This document shows, piece after piece, positions 38,700-51,869 of a stretch of DNA of 64,000 bases. Both the position numbers and the translations under genes were made by a program. Position 1 is the first letter of the stretch, and every line of letters starts with the position of its first letter. The notes under the pieces were generated by a model. The model made no database searches. It was not told the origin of the DNA and saw only the letters and a list, made by a program, of their open reading frames with translations. Source of the DNA: Camelus ferus (lineage: Eukaryota); NCBI RefSeq assembly GCF_009834535.1, contig NC_045697.1, positions 5,644,001 to 5,708,000 of the forward strand, in the 5' to 3' direction.

Positions 38700-39633
38700 G
38701 TAAGTATATTTTTGTATCATGATTTTGGTGACTGTTCTTTTCCGTACCTGTATTTCTTTTGAGCTTTTTGTCCTCACTTTTTACTTAATAACTCAGGGTT
38801 GTAATGGAGAGGATCAGTTTTGCAGTGAAAAAATATCTGCAGAGCAAAAAGGAGCTCCGCCAGCTGCACCCACGTCCTCAACATCCCCACGTCCCCACAG
38901 CAGCACCCCCATTCTGATGCCCCCCTGAGGCAGTGTCTCGGTGTGCGCCAGGTGTGCTGTGAAGCATGCAGAGAGGAACGGGGCAGTTTCTCACCGAGTA
39001 AATTCTCACTGAGCAGATGAAGAGGTAATACAAGTCACGTAAAGATGCCATTTTGGAGAGACAAGAGCTCTTGCTGTAGTGTAAGTTTTTATTAGGTCAG
39101 TTTTTAAAAAGAGAAAAAGCGTTTTGATCAAGCCTTTCAAAATGGCTTCTGAAATAGACGCCAGTTCTCAAAAGGCACAGGGACGTTGCAGTGCAGGTAT
39201 GTTGCCTTCTGCTCTCCCCTGACCGGCATCTGCACCTGTCTCTAGTGCGGTGCTTCTGCCGTGGGGCCAGGCTTCAGCGTAGTGTGTAAATGAATGGAAA
39301 AGTTGGGTTGGACGTATGCGGTAACATCTTCAGAAGCATCTTTTTAGGATTTCGTCTTATTAAACAAGCATTTTAGCCCTTCAGAAACCTTCTTATCGTA
39401 GAGAATATAAAAGAAATCCTCAGGTTTTAAAACAATTTTGTCAATATATGCAAAAATGAAAATATTTCATAGAAGTTCTCTAACAGAAAAAATAATTATA
39501 TTCCAGGTGAATTTTAAGTAATCTCTACCACTTTGTCTACTTTATACTTTTAAGTGTATTTCATTTCCATACTAGAAGTATTATTCTAATGCTTAGTACC
39601 AAGACCTTAAAGTTCTCAGTTAAAATAGTTGAT

Positions 39634-39652
39634 CAACACTAGATGGCAGTGT
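39634..39652 (+). promoter_or_regulatory. Candidate CTCF site (one core mismatch)
   Basis: CAACACTAGATGGCAGTGT; A replaces the first C of CCACTAGATGGCAG. Confidence 0.4.
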
Positions 39653-40351
39653 AAATTTTATTTCTGAAGGTGTGTATGTATATCAGATATCAATTTTATA
39701 GCTCATAAAAATGGAAGCTCCACTCATTTTGGAAAACTTAATAAAACTGATACGAGTCTGTCAGTTTTCAGCTCCTTGTTTTGTTTTGCTTTGTTTTGTT
39801 TTCCTTGTGAGAAATTCCAAATCTTATTTAGTACAGTCTTTAAGATTTTAGCATTTATAGGAATATACTGAAAACATCTCTTTATGTCTATAACTTGTCT
39901 GAAAAGTGATTTCACATCTTTAATGAAAGATTATCAATATAACAGCAGATTATCATGTTTTAAATACAGCAACACACATGCAAAAATCAATATGAAGTCA
40001 TTAATCTAGTCAGAATGAAGACCTGGAGGCCAAAAATTGTCCAGAGTGAATTTTTTTGTAATAACATTCTTTTTACAAATCTGTTTGTGCAGTTCTGAAA
40101 TAATCAGTCCTAAGGACACACCAAATTATACTGTTCAGCTCCTTTCTCTAGTACATGACAACTGAGGTTAAATAAGTGGGTGTGGAGATCTTTCATGGGA
40201 ATCCATTACTAACCTCCCTTTGCCTTGAGAAGGTATCCAGCTGGGAGAATGCTTTAACTGTTGGTTTAGTTCAAGCCACCCTGTTCCCTTATTAGCCATG
40301 AGAACCTAAGAAAGTCATTTAATCTGTAAAACGCTATGTTTGCCTCTAAAC

Positions 40352-40453
40352 CAGGGATCAGCAAACTGTCACAGCCAGCAGGTCAAGCCCAGCCTGTTTT
40401 TATACAGCCTATGAGCTGAGAATAGTTTTTACATTTTTTAACTGCTGGGGAAA

Positions 40454-40523
<70 letters not shown>

Positions 40524-40737
40524 TTTTACCACGTAAGAAAATTATACAAAGTTCAGATTTTGGTGTCTATTATAAATAAAGTTGATTGGAACACCGCCAC
40601 GCCCACTCATTTGTATGTCATCGGTGGCTGCTTTTATGCCACCATAGCAGGGTGGAGTGGCCGTGACGGGCTCCATGGCCCTCAGGTCACATATGTTTTC
40701 TATCTGGCCCTTTCCAGAAACAGTGTGAGAAGCCCTG
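40352..40737 (+). mobile_element. MER58B-like hAT DNA transposon
   Basis: CAGGG..CCCTG termini; cagcaaact..gcctgtttt..aataaagttgattggaacac..tatctggccctttccagaaa. 8-bp hAT-type TSD CTCTAAAC (40344-40351) / CTGTAAAC (40738-40745). Confidence 0.9.
40454..40522. repeat. Perfect (AAT)23 microsatellite
   Basis: 69 nt uninterrupted, inside the MER58 element. Confidence 0.97.
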
Positions 40738-41304
40738 CTGTAAACACTGGGGCTGACGATCACTTGCCAGCTTGTTAGGAGACTCAAACAGGACAGCATG
40801 ATTGACATGCAGTGCAGACAGGAAAAAAGCAATGGATTTATAAGAAGATTATTATATAAAACAGGTGCTGTGCTGTCACTTTGCAGTGGTTTTAACCTTT
40901 TGACTCTAATGCCAATATTAAGGCATTTCTCCAGGAACAGCACAGCTCAGCTCCCACGTTGTTTCAGCGTCCCCAGACTGCCACGGTGTGGGCTGCTCTG
41001 AGCCGTTTGCTCTCCTGTTGCTCTCAGGACAGCGGGCAGCTGGCCTGTGCCTCCCCTTCTCCCAGCTGCCCTGGCGGCACATGCTGGGACCAAGGACCAG
41101 GGCCCCCGGGGCCTGGCCCCCCCTGCCACTTCCTGGCGATGTGGCTGGGGCGTCAGCAGAACTCGAGCTGCTGAGGCTTTCTTAGTCTTGACCAGTCCAT
41201 CACCCCATTACAGAAACTCAGCCTTGCACTCATTTTCCCAGTTGCAGTTCATTGCCAACCAGTGTGCTCTGAGTTTTACTCCTACCCCTGTTTTGGTTCC
41301 TTTG

Positions 41305-41515
41305 AAAGAGCAGGGCTTTGGGGTCAGTCACACCTGAGTTCTAGTCTCAGTTCTGCCAAGTGTTAATCATGTCAGTGTGTACAGCTCACTTCACATCTTT
41401 GTGCTTGGTTTTTTTGTTCGTTTGTTTTTAAATAAAATGTAGATAGTGTTCTTCTGAGGATTAGATGAGATGTGTGTGAGAGTTCCTGGCACAGGCAAGT
41501 TCCTTGGTGGATGGT
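41305..41515 (+). mobile_element. MIR SINE
   Basis: gaaagagcagggctttggggtcag..cctgagttctagtctcagttctgcca..gaggattagatgagat..cctggcaca. Confidence 0.75.
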
Positions 41516-43514
41516 GACTGACTTGGAACCCATTTGACCTGTGATGCAGTTGCAGCAGTTGGTCACTTGATAAAGAAAGCACCTCTGTTTCCTGCCAGAA
41601 GTGGGAGGGAGGGAGAGAAAGAGGAAGGATGCCAGAGTCAGCTCAGCCCGACAGGGACAGATGTGTTCTCACTTTTATCACAGATGAATCCAGGGTGGCA
41701 GGCAGAGGTTAGGTCTGCGGGTGGGTGGCCACGCTGAAGGCTCCTGAGTTAGACAGATGCACTCAGCCGTTACTGCCACTGAGCGGTCACTGCCCCGGAG
41801 CACAGAGAGCAGGGGCAGGCCCCTTATGGCACATGAGAGAGAGAGGAACAGAGCGGAAGTTCTGCTGTCAGTGTCAGTAAGCAGATCCCAGAGGAGAGGA
41901 CAGAGAGAAAGGAGCCTGGCTCGACGTGTGTTCATGCCGATGCCCGTTCCTCCTGCCAGGCTGCCGACCAGAGAAGTCCCTGCTCCCCAGGGGAGGGGCA
42001 GGGCGCAGGAGGCTGAAGGAGGTTAGGTGTCACATGGGAAACTTGAAACTAGGGAATAAACATTCCCCTCTGGGCCTACACTCTCTCCTGGTGGGGAAAG
42101 GTCACTCTTATCTTCTCCCATCAAGTTCTCCCTCCCCAAGGGAGACTGTTTAAAGCCTTTCTTTCTTTTTTTTTTTTTTTTACTGCTCTGCCTCCCGATG
42201 AACGTGCTTTCCTTGGCCTGTTCTTGGGAACGTCTGGAGGGAGCATGATCGCGGAATTGAGAGAAATGATGCCTTTGGACCCATAAGTCTGTGTGAGTTT
42301 GACATAATTAGGAAGCTGTAATTTTTTCCATAACGTCGAGCTCAGACTTTATTGACCCATTTAATTTTTTTTAATAATGGCATTTTACTAGAGCAGAACA
42401 GCGTGCAACCTAGGTAGCCTCTGGCTGGATCTCTTGAATGATTTTAATTAAAAATAATTTCTCCACTTCTGGTGGATGTACCTTTTCCTCAGTATCCTGG
42501 CAACAAAACAATACCACTTAGGGGCAAAACTTTCTTCCTTTCTGTTGTTGTTACTAATAGAATAATCATACTGTCAATGTCCAATTTAAAGGTTAATATA
42601 TAGTGGATCCTAAAGGAACCTCACCTTTTAATTGAGTAATCAGTTTTATGAAATTAACCTTTAGACCTTTTCAATTTTACTGAGCTGAGTTTCCATTAAG
42701 TCAAAATAGAGTAGGAGGACATTAATCTAATGTTCTTGGAATTAGTCTTTCATGGGCCTGCACCCTCCACGGGGCGCATATTCACTTGAAAGCACGTACC
42801 TTTCTTACTGGTGTGTCCCTGACCCCTTTAGCCTCCATTTCCCGTGAGACGGTTCTGTTAGGGGCAGCACAAGGCTCTGGCCACTCTGTGCCCTCTCACA
42901 CTCCTCCCGCCTCCACTGCCTGGGGGTTGGGAGGAGGGATCAAGCCTGCTTGCCCGGCCCCTCCTCCTCTCCTTTGGGTCTTCTACCTCAGGCGGAGTAC
43001 GTTCTGTTAGGGTTACCATGTTAAACCAAAGTAGTTAAGAAACCAAGGCACGGGGGAGAGTGGGGATAGGGGCTCCTGCTCTTTCTGTCTCTTCAGGTTT
43101 CACGAGGGGAGGACCATCCCTCCCCAGGAACCCGTGGGCGTCCTTCTCTCCTTCTAGTTCTCCCCCAGAAAATGCGGGTGCTGGGGCTGGGCTGGGGGAG
43201 GTGCCACACCAGGGGAGGAAGGAGACTGGCCTCATGGTTGGCGCTGAGAAGAGGCCTCTTCTCCTGAGGAGGCTCTGTCGTCGGGATGGGTGCATTCCCT
43301 GCCCATCTGCACCTTACCTTTTCTGGGGAAGCTTCTGGAAGGGGGGCGCCTGCAGGTCTTGGGGGCGGAGGAGGGAAGGGACCTGTTAAGGAGCACAGTT
43401 GGAGCTGTGTATCGAGCCTGTTCAGGTCATCCTCATGCATTAAGTGAGGTCTTTCACAGTATTTGATTATTGATGTAGTGGTTTATCAGTCTACTAAGTT
43501 TGGTGTTGCTCGTG

Positions 43515-45050
43515 ATGATGGGGATACACTAGGGATCAAACAAACGTCCCCACCTTCGTGGAACTTATATTTTTAGGGGGAAGATAGACAAGAAACAAAA
43601 TAAATGAGTGAAATATATAGACTGTTAGAGCAGGATAAATGCTTTTGGGGGAGGGGAGAAGGGGAAATAGACAATGTCAGGGAGGATGCAGGTTTATGAA
43701 GATAGCTTAGAGAAGCCTCACTAAGAGGGGGACATTGAGCAAACACCTAAAAGAAGTGCTCAGTGTGTATAGATAATCAGGGAAAGAACATTCCAGAAGA
43801 AGACAGCCAGCAAGTGTAAAAGTCCTGATGGAGGAGTATGTCTAGAATGTTCAGGGAACAGCAAGGAGGCTAGTGTGGCTGGAGCAGGAGGGAGCGGGTG
43901 AGGGTAGTGGAAGACAAGCTCAGAGAGGGGGCAGGAGTGAGATCTTATAGGTCATCTAAAGGGTATTGGAGCTCTTGTAAGGGCCTCGGCTTTGACCCCT
44001 AGGTGGGAAGCACTGGCAGGTCTGTGCAGGGATCTGTACTAACTTTGTAGCGGGGTCAGTGAGGCTGTTGTGCTGGAATAAACTGAGGAGGGCCAAGGCA
44101 GAAGCAGCGTGCAAGCTGGGGCCACGGTTATAGTCCTGGGGTTGGGGGTTATCAAGGGCCCGGACCAGAGAGGTCAGCAGAGGATGACAACAAGAGCTCA
44201 GAGTCTGAAACTATTTTGAAGGTAGAGCCAACAAGATTTGTTGATGGATTAGATGTGAGCTGGGAGGGAAAGGGGTGTCAGGATGACTCCAGGTCTGGGG
44301 CCTGAGTGGCTGGAAGGAAGTTGCCATCAGCACAGGTGGGGAGGCTGCGGCAGGAGCCCAGGTGAGGGGAGCTGTCAGGAGCTTGGCGTGGGGCATATTT
44401 GCAACGCGGATTAAACATCTGAATGGAGACAGTGAGCCAGCAGTTAGATATATGTGTCTGAAGTTCAAGGAGAGGTCCAGGCTGAAGGTATAAATCTGGA
44501 ACTTGTCAGTGTAAAACTGGTATATGCACTGCCAAAAAAAAAAAAAGGGGGGGTGCCATGAGCCTAGATGGACTCACCAAGGGAGCAGTGTAGATGGTGA
44601 AGCAGTTCAGGGACTGAGCCATGAACTCTCCGTGGTTATATGGTGGGAGGGTAAGAGGTGTCAACAAGAAGCATGAAAACAAGCAGCCACGGGGGCAGGA
44701 GGGGGTACCGGAGAGTGTTGTTGGGGATGACAGAGGAGGGAGGGACCTGAGGGGAGGGCTGAGCCCTGTGGGGGTCCTTGGTGACCTTGGGGAGTGGGGG
44801 TAACAGTGGAGCGATGAGGGTAAAAGCCTGCTTGGATTGGGTCAAGGGAGAATGGTCAGGGAGGCGGAGACCTGGGGTGTAAGCTTCTTGGAGAAGTTTT
44901 GCTGAAAAGTGGGGAGAAATTGGACAGTAGCTAGTAGGAGATACAGATTTGAAGGGTTTTGTTTTTTTGTTTTCTAAGTTGGGAGAAATAACAGCAAGAT
45001 TGTATGAGGCTAGGAAAGATTCCGTAGACGGGAAAAGTTGATTTTATAAG
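43515..45050 (-). mobile_element. Long L2 (L2a-like) fragment
   Basis: ggggatacac..gggaaagaacattccag..gaacagcaaggaggctagtgtggctggag..tattttgaaggtagagccaacaagatttgttgatggattagatgtg..gaagttttgctg. Confidence 0.85.
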
Positions 45051-46444
45051 GAACTAATACGTGTAGTGTTCACTGCGTGCCAAACACATCTGGGCACTGT
45101 GTTCACGTATTCATTCTTTTGGGGTGGATGGTGCAGGAGAGAGAAAGAATTGCTGGGACCAACCCAGTGCCCGGGTGGAGGGGGCGTGGCTGGGAGGTGG
45201 GCACTTTATCCTCTGTCGCTGGAGAGAAAGTATTGGCTGTGGGCCCCTTGAAAGTGAGGTGGGGAGGTGGGGTGGGAAGAGCTTGGAGGCGTTCTCAGAA
45301 AACACAGTTACAGCTGATGCTGCAGATGGGGAAGGAGAGCTTGGAGGCGTGAGGAGGGAGAAGACATGAAATAGCCATCTAGGACTGCGGGAAAGCAGAT
45401 GCAGCAGGGAGGTGCAGTGTAGTTGCCACCCCCTTAGGGAGCCACTTGTCATTCGTCATTGTGTAAAGCCAGTATTTTGATCTCTGTCTGTTTGATTCCC
45501 ACTTGATCCTAAACTCAGCTGGACAGTGAGCTGGTAACTGTACTGCTGTATGTCACAGTGACTTTTCCCTTCGTAGAGTAGGGAGCTTCAGAAAGCAATC
45601 TTATTACTTAAAAATCTCCTTTAGCTTCTCTAGATTTTATCACAAAATGGTTAGAAGACCATTTGCCCTGGTTTCTTTTCTTAAAATAAAGTGTCAGTCG
45701 TGGAACACTTAGTCTCAAGAACGTTACTTCTGCCCTTTTAAATTGCATTGTGAGGACAAGTGTTAGTAGCAGTTCCTTTCCTTCATATTTCCAGTTCTTT
45801 CTCCTCTTCCTTGTGTCTTTGTTTCTGTTATTATCTCTTGCTCACCCAGGACCCAGATCCCAGGGTCTGATGGTGCTTTGCCTCCAGTATCTATTCTGTT
45901 CCTGACGATTCTTACATCTCAGACCCATTGCCTCTTTTCAGTCTCCTGCCACCACCCGCATTCTGCCATTGCTCCTATCTCAAATTTTAGTTCAACAGAA
46001 AATCACTAGCACCTACATGTTATGTTGCATGGTGCTAAGGGTACAGTGATGAGGAAGGCAGGATTCTCTGCCTGTTTTTGACAACCTGTCGCCTGATCTT
46101 CCCCCTCTGTTCCAGCTAACGTGGTGTTGCCACGTTTATCTCCATCACGTTCTGCCCTTCCATTGGCTACAGAATAAAAGACCTTCAACGAGCACAGAGG
46201 CCCACCAAGAACCCATCACTTCTGCCTGACCTGTGCTCAGCCAGACTGAACCTCCGGTGCTTTTCCAGACAGGCTCCCTCTCCCCTGGTTCCATCCTGTC
46301 ACTTATGTTTCTGCTCTCGTCTCCCAATGGCCACGTCCCGCCTTTCAAGATTTAGTTCGTAGATCACCTTCCTTCCGATTAGCTAGTGGGGAATAAGCAC
46401 CCCCTCTTCTGAGCTCTCCTGCCTTTCATGACACAGGAGCTGCC

Positions 46445-46645
46445 TTAGGTGGTTCAGAGCATGCAGCCAGGAGCCTTGGTTCAAATCCCCGCTCTGCTGA
46501 TTATTAGCTGTGTGACCTTGGCAAGTGATTTAATCTCTCTGTGTCTCAGAGCATAAAATGGAAATTATAACAGTACCCACCTCATAAAATTTTGATAATT
46601 AACTGGGTAAATATGTGTGAGGTACTTGAAACAGTGAATTAGTGT
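46445..46645 (+). mobile_element. MIR SINE (near consensus)
   Basis: ggttcaaatccccgctctgc..ttattagctgtgtgaccttggcaagtgatttaatctctctgtgtctcag. Confidence 0.85.
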
Positions 46646-48379
46646 TGGTGTCCGTGCATGGAGAGTGTTCTATAACCGTTACCTGTGTCCATGTGTATGT
46701 ACATAAACCTGTGGATGTTACCTGTTGTCATACAGTCTGTTGAGAGCAGGGTCTGTATTTTGTTCGTGTGTTTAGCCCAGACATTAACAGACATGTACCT
46801 TGGGCAAGGCATATACTTGCTCGTATTTAATGTTTATAGCAAAAATGAGATTGTAGTCTTCAACTTTTATCCATGCCTTTGCAGTAACTTTTGGAATGGA
46901 GTCTAAAATAATTTACATTATTCTTCTCTATTCTCAGGAAGTATCTAGTTGCATATTAAATTAATAAACAGAATGTCAGTGCTATTTTATAATTTTGAAC
47001 TTGCCCTTTCTTAACATACTAATCAACCAAATAATTTTTAAAAGCCGATTCCTTTCCATTTCTGAATCATTGAATAGACTTACTCCTCTGGTTTTTTTCC
47101 TCCTTTCTCCCTGAAGTAAATTGACTAATCCAAGCCTATACCTAAATAGTCTCCTTTAATTGAATCTAAAATTTAGATAAATTGAGTTCTGTAATAAAAT
47201 TATTCCTCTGTACATCATAAAGGGAATAAAATTAAAGTTTGAGAAAGTTATGTATGCATGTCCTATGAGAATATACATTTTGGAATTATTTGCCAGATGG
47301 TTAACCTTTTCAAAACAGTAATAATTGTATTATCGTGAGACTTAATTTGGGGCTGTGTCATTGGCAAGCATTCATTACTTTTGATGCATGTGTTTCAATG
47401 CCCATTACATAGCTGTGCTGTTCTTCAAATGTCACAGAAGAGTCCGAGTTTGACCCCTTCTTCAGGCTGCTGTCTCCTCATCTGTTGTATCCTAAACGTT
47501 GCATGCCATCTTCAACCCCACACCTTACCATCTTTCCTTCCACATCGGGCCCTCTTCTGTGCTCTGTGTCCTAGGCTTCCCTGCACTTACCTCCCGACCC
47601 AGGCAGCCCCTGTGACCCATGAGCTCTCGCTCAGATCTGCTCTGCCTCCTCTCCCCACCAACATGGCCTTACCTCTTCATCGGTGCCTGGATGCTCAGTG
47701 CCCTCCTAACTAGGGTCTGATTTCATCCACCTCCAGGCCAGCTACCACAGAGGACCCCATGCAAAATGCAGATTCTCCTGTTTAAAATCCTCCAGTGACT
47801 ACACCAGCCAGCAGTCCCCAACTTCTGCACTGCAGGGACTCCTTGCTGACTGATAGTGGCGTATTTGTATTTTGTATGATTGTTGTATTTGGGGGAACCT
47901 ATTGATACTGGAGAAACAGCTATTGCAGATTCAGTAGCAATTCTAAATAAATGTGTACTTATAATACCACCTGCATTCCTTTGAAAAATAGTGTAGACAT
48001 AAGCTAGACACATTCAGTGCGGAAACGCTGACTGTATGCATGTGATATGCTGCCCCTTGAGATAAATCGAGATTCCAGAGGTCCACAGCTAGGATGCTTG
48101 TCTGCAGGGACCACCTGGTTTACGTCTGTTTTCCCTTTCACTCTCATATGTGGCCTGTCATCAGTCAGACATTATATGGTCATTCCATCCATGCCCTGCA
48201 GGTTGAGGATTTGGAGCAAGTCTTCTCCCACTGTCTCCCGTGTGGAGAGTGTTCCTCTCTGCCTGACCAGCAGCTCCCCTGCGTGAACTGACCACTCCCT
48301 GCTTGGGTTCCACTGTCTGCTTCCAGACCAGCACCATCCACCACAGTTCCTTGTGCTTCTTGTGTCTGTGCCAGTCTCC

Positions 48380-49010
48380 TCTGTGGTGCAGAACCCACTT
48401 AACTTTAAACCCCCAGCCCCTGCCACAGTGCCTGGCATACTGGAGTTAGTATACTAGTGACTGAATGAATGAATCGTGGGGATTAATAAGTAAATGAGAT
48501 ACACGTAAGGCACTGAGAACAGTGTCTGGTGCACTCTACATGCTCAGCCAGTTGTTAGCATACCTACTGTGCGTCGGACAGCAGTTTAGATATTGGGGAA
48601 ACAGAAATGAATGAGACAAAGTCCCTGCTTTCATGAAGCTTGTGTTCTCCTGGGAGGAGATGGATGTTATTATTTTAGAGGAAAAGTGTAGCCAGGTGAG
48701 GAAGAGATAGTCGGGGTGGAGCAGTGTGATTTGAGAGCCCCAGCCCTCCCATCACAAAGCAGAGTGTTGGGGGTGGCTTTGAGCTGAGAGAGGACAACAT
48801 GATCCCTGGCGCAGGCACGAAGCATCACTGAGGGCGGGAGCTGGCACAGCACCGAGAGGGGTCAGGCCGGGAGCGGGTCCCGCGTGCGTCTGGCTGACGC
48901 GGGACAGCAGGGGAGGGGGGACAAAGTGAAGTGAAGAGGGTGCGTGGCAGGAAGTGTGGTCACAGCTGGCGGTTGGGAATATAGGACTTGATATTTTATT
49001 CTCAGAATGA
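48380..49010. mobile_element. L2 3' end, MIR fragment and antisense L2 cluster
   Basis: cacagtgcctggcatac..tgaatgaatgaat; gattaataagtaaatgagat..; tggggaaacagaaatgaatgagacaaagtccctgctttcatgaagct. Confidence 0.65.
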
Positions 49011-49765
49011 GGACGGGCGGCTCCCGGGGCTGGTGGGGCGAAATGGAATGATTATCTAAGGTCCCTTCGAACTTGGTATTTTGTGATGCTGTGTCTCAGC
49101 TGTAGTGTCCAGAGTGTAGTCACCGTTCATAGTAATGCTGCCACGCCTGCCCACGTGTTACAAAAACAAGCAAAGTGATGTAACTGCAGTGTTTTGAGCA
49201 TCAGGGTGCAGCGTTACTGAAAGTGAGCACCCTTACTCGTTCGGTGACTTTAGAGTTTGTTTAGCTTACTATCAGGGGAAATGAAAAGTTTCTAAAAGCT
49301 CTTTTACTCAGTTTTGAAGACTGTCAACATGGGGAAAATGGCCCCCGAGACAGCTCTGCACATATGTCTCCAGAGCCTCCAGTGTCCCCACCTCACCTTC
49401 CATGCAGCTCCCGGGGTGCTTGTGTGGGAATCTGATTGTGTCCCTGTGCTGTGTGACAGCCTTCGGTAGCTGCCCCATTGTCCTCCAGGCCCGTGTGCGC
49501 CGGCCCTGACGCTGCTCTCGGCCCCCCTCACCCTCCGCTGGCCTGGCCTGGTCCCGTCTGGTCTGCAGGAAGCTTTTTTTACGTGTTGGTTCCACTATCC
49601 GGAGTATTCTCTCACCTCTTAGCCTGGCCGGGTGCCCCTCATCCCTCACATCTCAGCTTAAACGTCACTCCTCTGGGAGCCTCGTTCTTCCCTGGCGCCC
49701 CGCCCAGATGCCATACAGGGTCATTTGCTGCTGCCCTTTGATTGTATCCTCTCTCTGTCTGTTAG

Positions 49766-49881
49766 CCACGTCGTGTCTGAATATGGGAGGATGACAGACA
49801 CAGAGCGAGACCAGATAGACCAGGATGCTCAGACGTTCATGAGGACCTGCTCGGAAGCCATCCAGCAGCTCAGAGCACAAG
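49766..49881 (+). CDS. STX18: Syntaxin-18 internal coding exon (probably exon 3), 116 nt, (S)[38 protein letters not shown](A)
   Basis: Acceptor cctctctctgtctgttag|C and donor CAAG|gtgaag. [27 protein letters not shown] is characteristic of STX18; lies within ORF 49725..49961. Confidence 0.97.
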
Positions 49882-51632
49882 GTGAAGTGCTTGGAAAGAC
49901 GCCGGCAGCCTGCTGCCACCAGTCACGTGCTCATGTCAGACTCGCTGGCCCAGCCAGCTAAAGCTCTCTTCTGTGTCCTTATTTAGAGTTATATTTAAAA
50001 CTTAAAAATTCTTCTTTTCCTGATTAATGTTTTGCCTAAGCTGTTAAAAGTAATGAAAAAGCCATGATTCAAGTTAAGTAAATGGGAAGAGAGGTGGAAG
50101 GGATGGCTCCAGACAGAACCAAAAATTTTCCAAGGGCCAGGGTCAGAGAGCATAGATCGTATGTGGAAGCATGTGCATGCCTGCATCTGGGGTGGCATCG
50201 AGCTGGGCAGCTGGCGTTGGCATGCATATGAGGGTGGAAGGGGGTGCCCTAGACCCTCCACCAAGAGCAGTAAAGCAGACTGCAGTCTCAGACCCTCACG
50301 GTCAAGAGGGAGGAGCCATGGCTGCACCTGTACCCACCCCAGCTCCACCATCTTCTGGCCTCGGGCGAGTCACTTAATCGCCCGGGTCCCAGTTTCTTCA
50401 TCTATAAAATGGAGACAATTGTATGATACATGTCTTCGGGTTGTTAGGAGAATTAAGTCCTCATAGCATCCTTAGAACCACAGCCAGCATTGGGATTATT
50501 ATCGCCATCGTGCTTCCATCAGTGTTTACTTCCCACTGAGGCACTGCGGTGGCTTCCCAGGGTGCGTGTCTTCCTGGAGTCGGTTTTAGTTGGCTTGGGC
50601 AGGTGGAGGCTCCATCAACACAGCATGGAGTCCCCGGGCCAGCTGCTCCTGTGCTTGACGCAGACTTTTGTTGGGAAGCTTCCATTAGAGCCCTGATGGG
50701 CCACCCAGACAGTTGGGTGCAAACTATAGTCATTCTTGCCGAAGAAACACTCATACACACAAAGTTTTGTGTAATTTCATGAACTCCTCACATGCGTCTC
50801 AGGTCGGGAAGCCCTGTGGTAAAAGTAAATCCTGCCCCCGACCCTGCAGGACATTCATTGAGATAACCTAGAACATGCATGAATGTTAATAAAACGAGGA
50901 AGTGAGCACCAGACCACGTGACCTTGGGCTACTTACTGGTTCTGAACGTTAGTTTCTTCCGGTGTGAATCAGGCATACTCATAACTGCCTTTTGGATCGT
51001 TTGGATCATTAGCAGTAGTTTATGTAAAGTCCGAGCAGAGGGCCTGCACGTGACAGGTTCTCAGTCTCTCGTGAGTGGGAGCTGTCCTACCAGATAACTG
51101 GCACAGACTCTAGGAAGACGTGATAATTCACAGAAGAAAGGCATCCTCGTGGCTTGGAGAGGCCAGGTTTCCTGGAGAAGGAAGGTCTGACTCAGTGTCT
51201 AAAGGGAATGTGAGTCGCTGAGGGGAGAGGGTGGAGCATTCCAAGCTGAAAAATAGTACAGACAGGCAGGCAGAGGGGGCGTGTGTGCTTTGAGTTTGAT
51301 CTGAACGTGTTCCTTGAAGGTCAGCTTGAGCATTGGATGCTGTTAGTACAGACGGGTCAGCACTCAGGAAGTGGGCCGCATTAAATACGATCCTCGTGCT
51401 GTAATAAACCATAAATTATTTGCCTGGAGTTTTTCTGCAGGCTTAATCTTTTACTCTTGCAAAGTCTAATAAATCTTACTCTTTAAAAAATGTTATGTGA
51501 TGTGACACGACTTGTTTTATAGCCGTATTTTTAAGAATACTTCTAATGACAAAACTGTTGTAAGAACGCTGATGGATTGTTCTTCAGTCTAGTTCAATGC
51601 AAAGACCTGAACAGTGTCCTTTTCTGTTACAG

Positions 51633-51710
51633 CCCACAAGGAGATACATTCCCAGCAAGTGAAGGAGCACAGGAGCGCTGTTCTGGATTTCATCGAAGAT
51701 TACTTAAAAA
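51633..51710 (+). CDS. STX18: Syntaxin-18 internal coding exon (probably exon 4), 78 nt, (A)HKEIHSQQVKEHRSAVLDFIEDYLK(R)
   Basis: Acceptor tccttttctgttacag|CC and donor AAAA|gtattt. Phase 1-1, in frame with both neighbours; lies within ORF 51614..51823. Confidence 0.96.
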
Positions 51711-51869
51711 GTATTTCATTTTATCTTCAAGATCAAATGTGGCATTTCACTGTAGTGGGATGCGAATTTAGCTTTACTAGCTGCAGACTCTGCTGTCTCA
51801 TATTTAATGATAGCTTTGCCTGAGGAGCAGTCTTAAATGGTCTCTCTCCTGGTGTTTCCCCCTGAACAG

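Noticed and set aside
51615..51632. Upstream in-frame alternative acceptor adding VSFSVT
   Set aside because: The AG at 51613-51614 has no polypyrimidine tract in front of it; no support from sequence alone.
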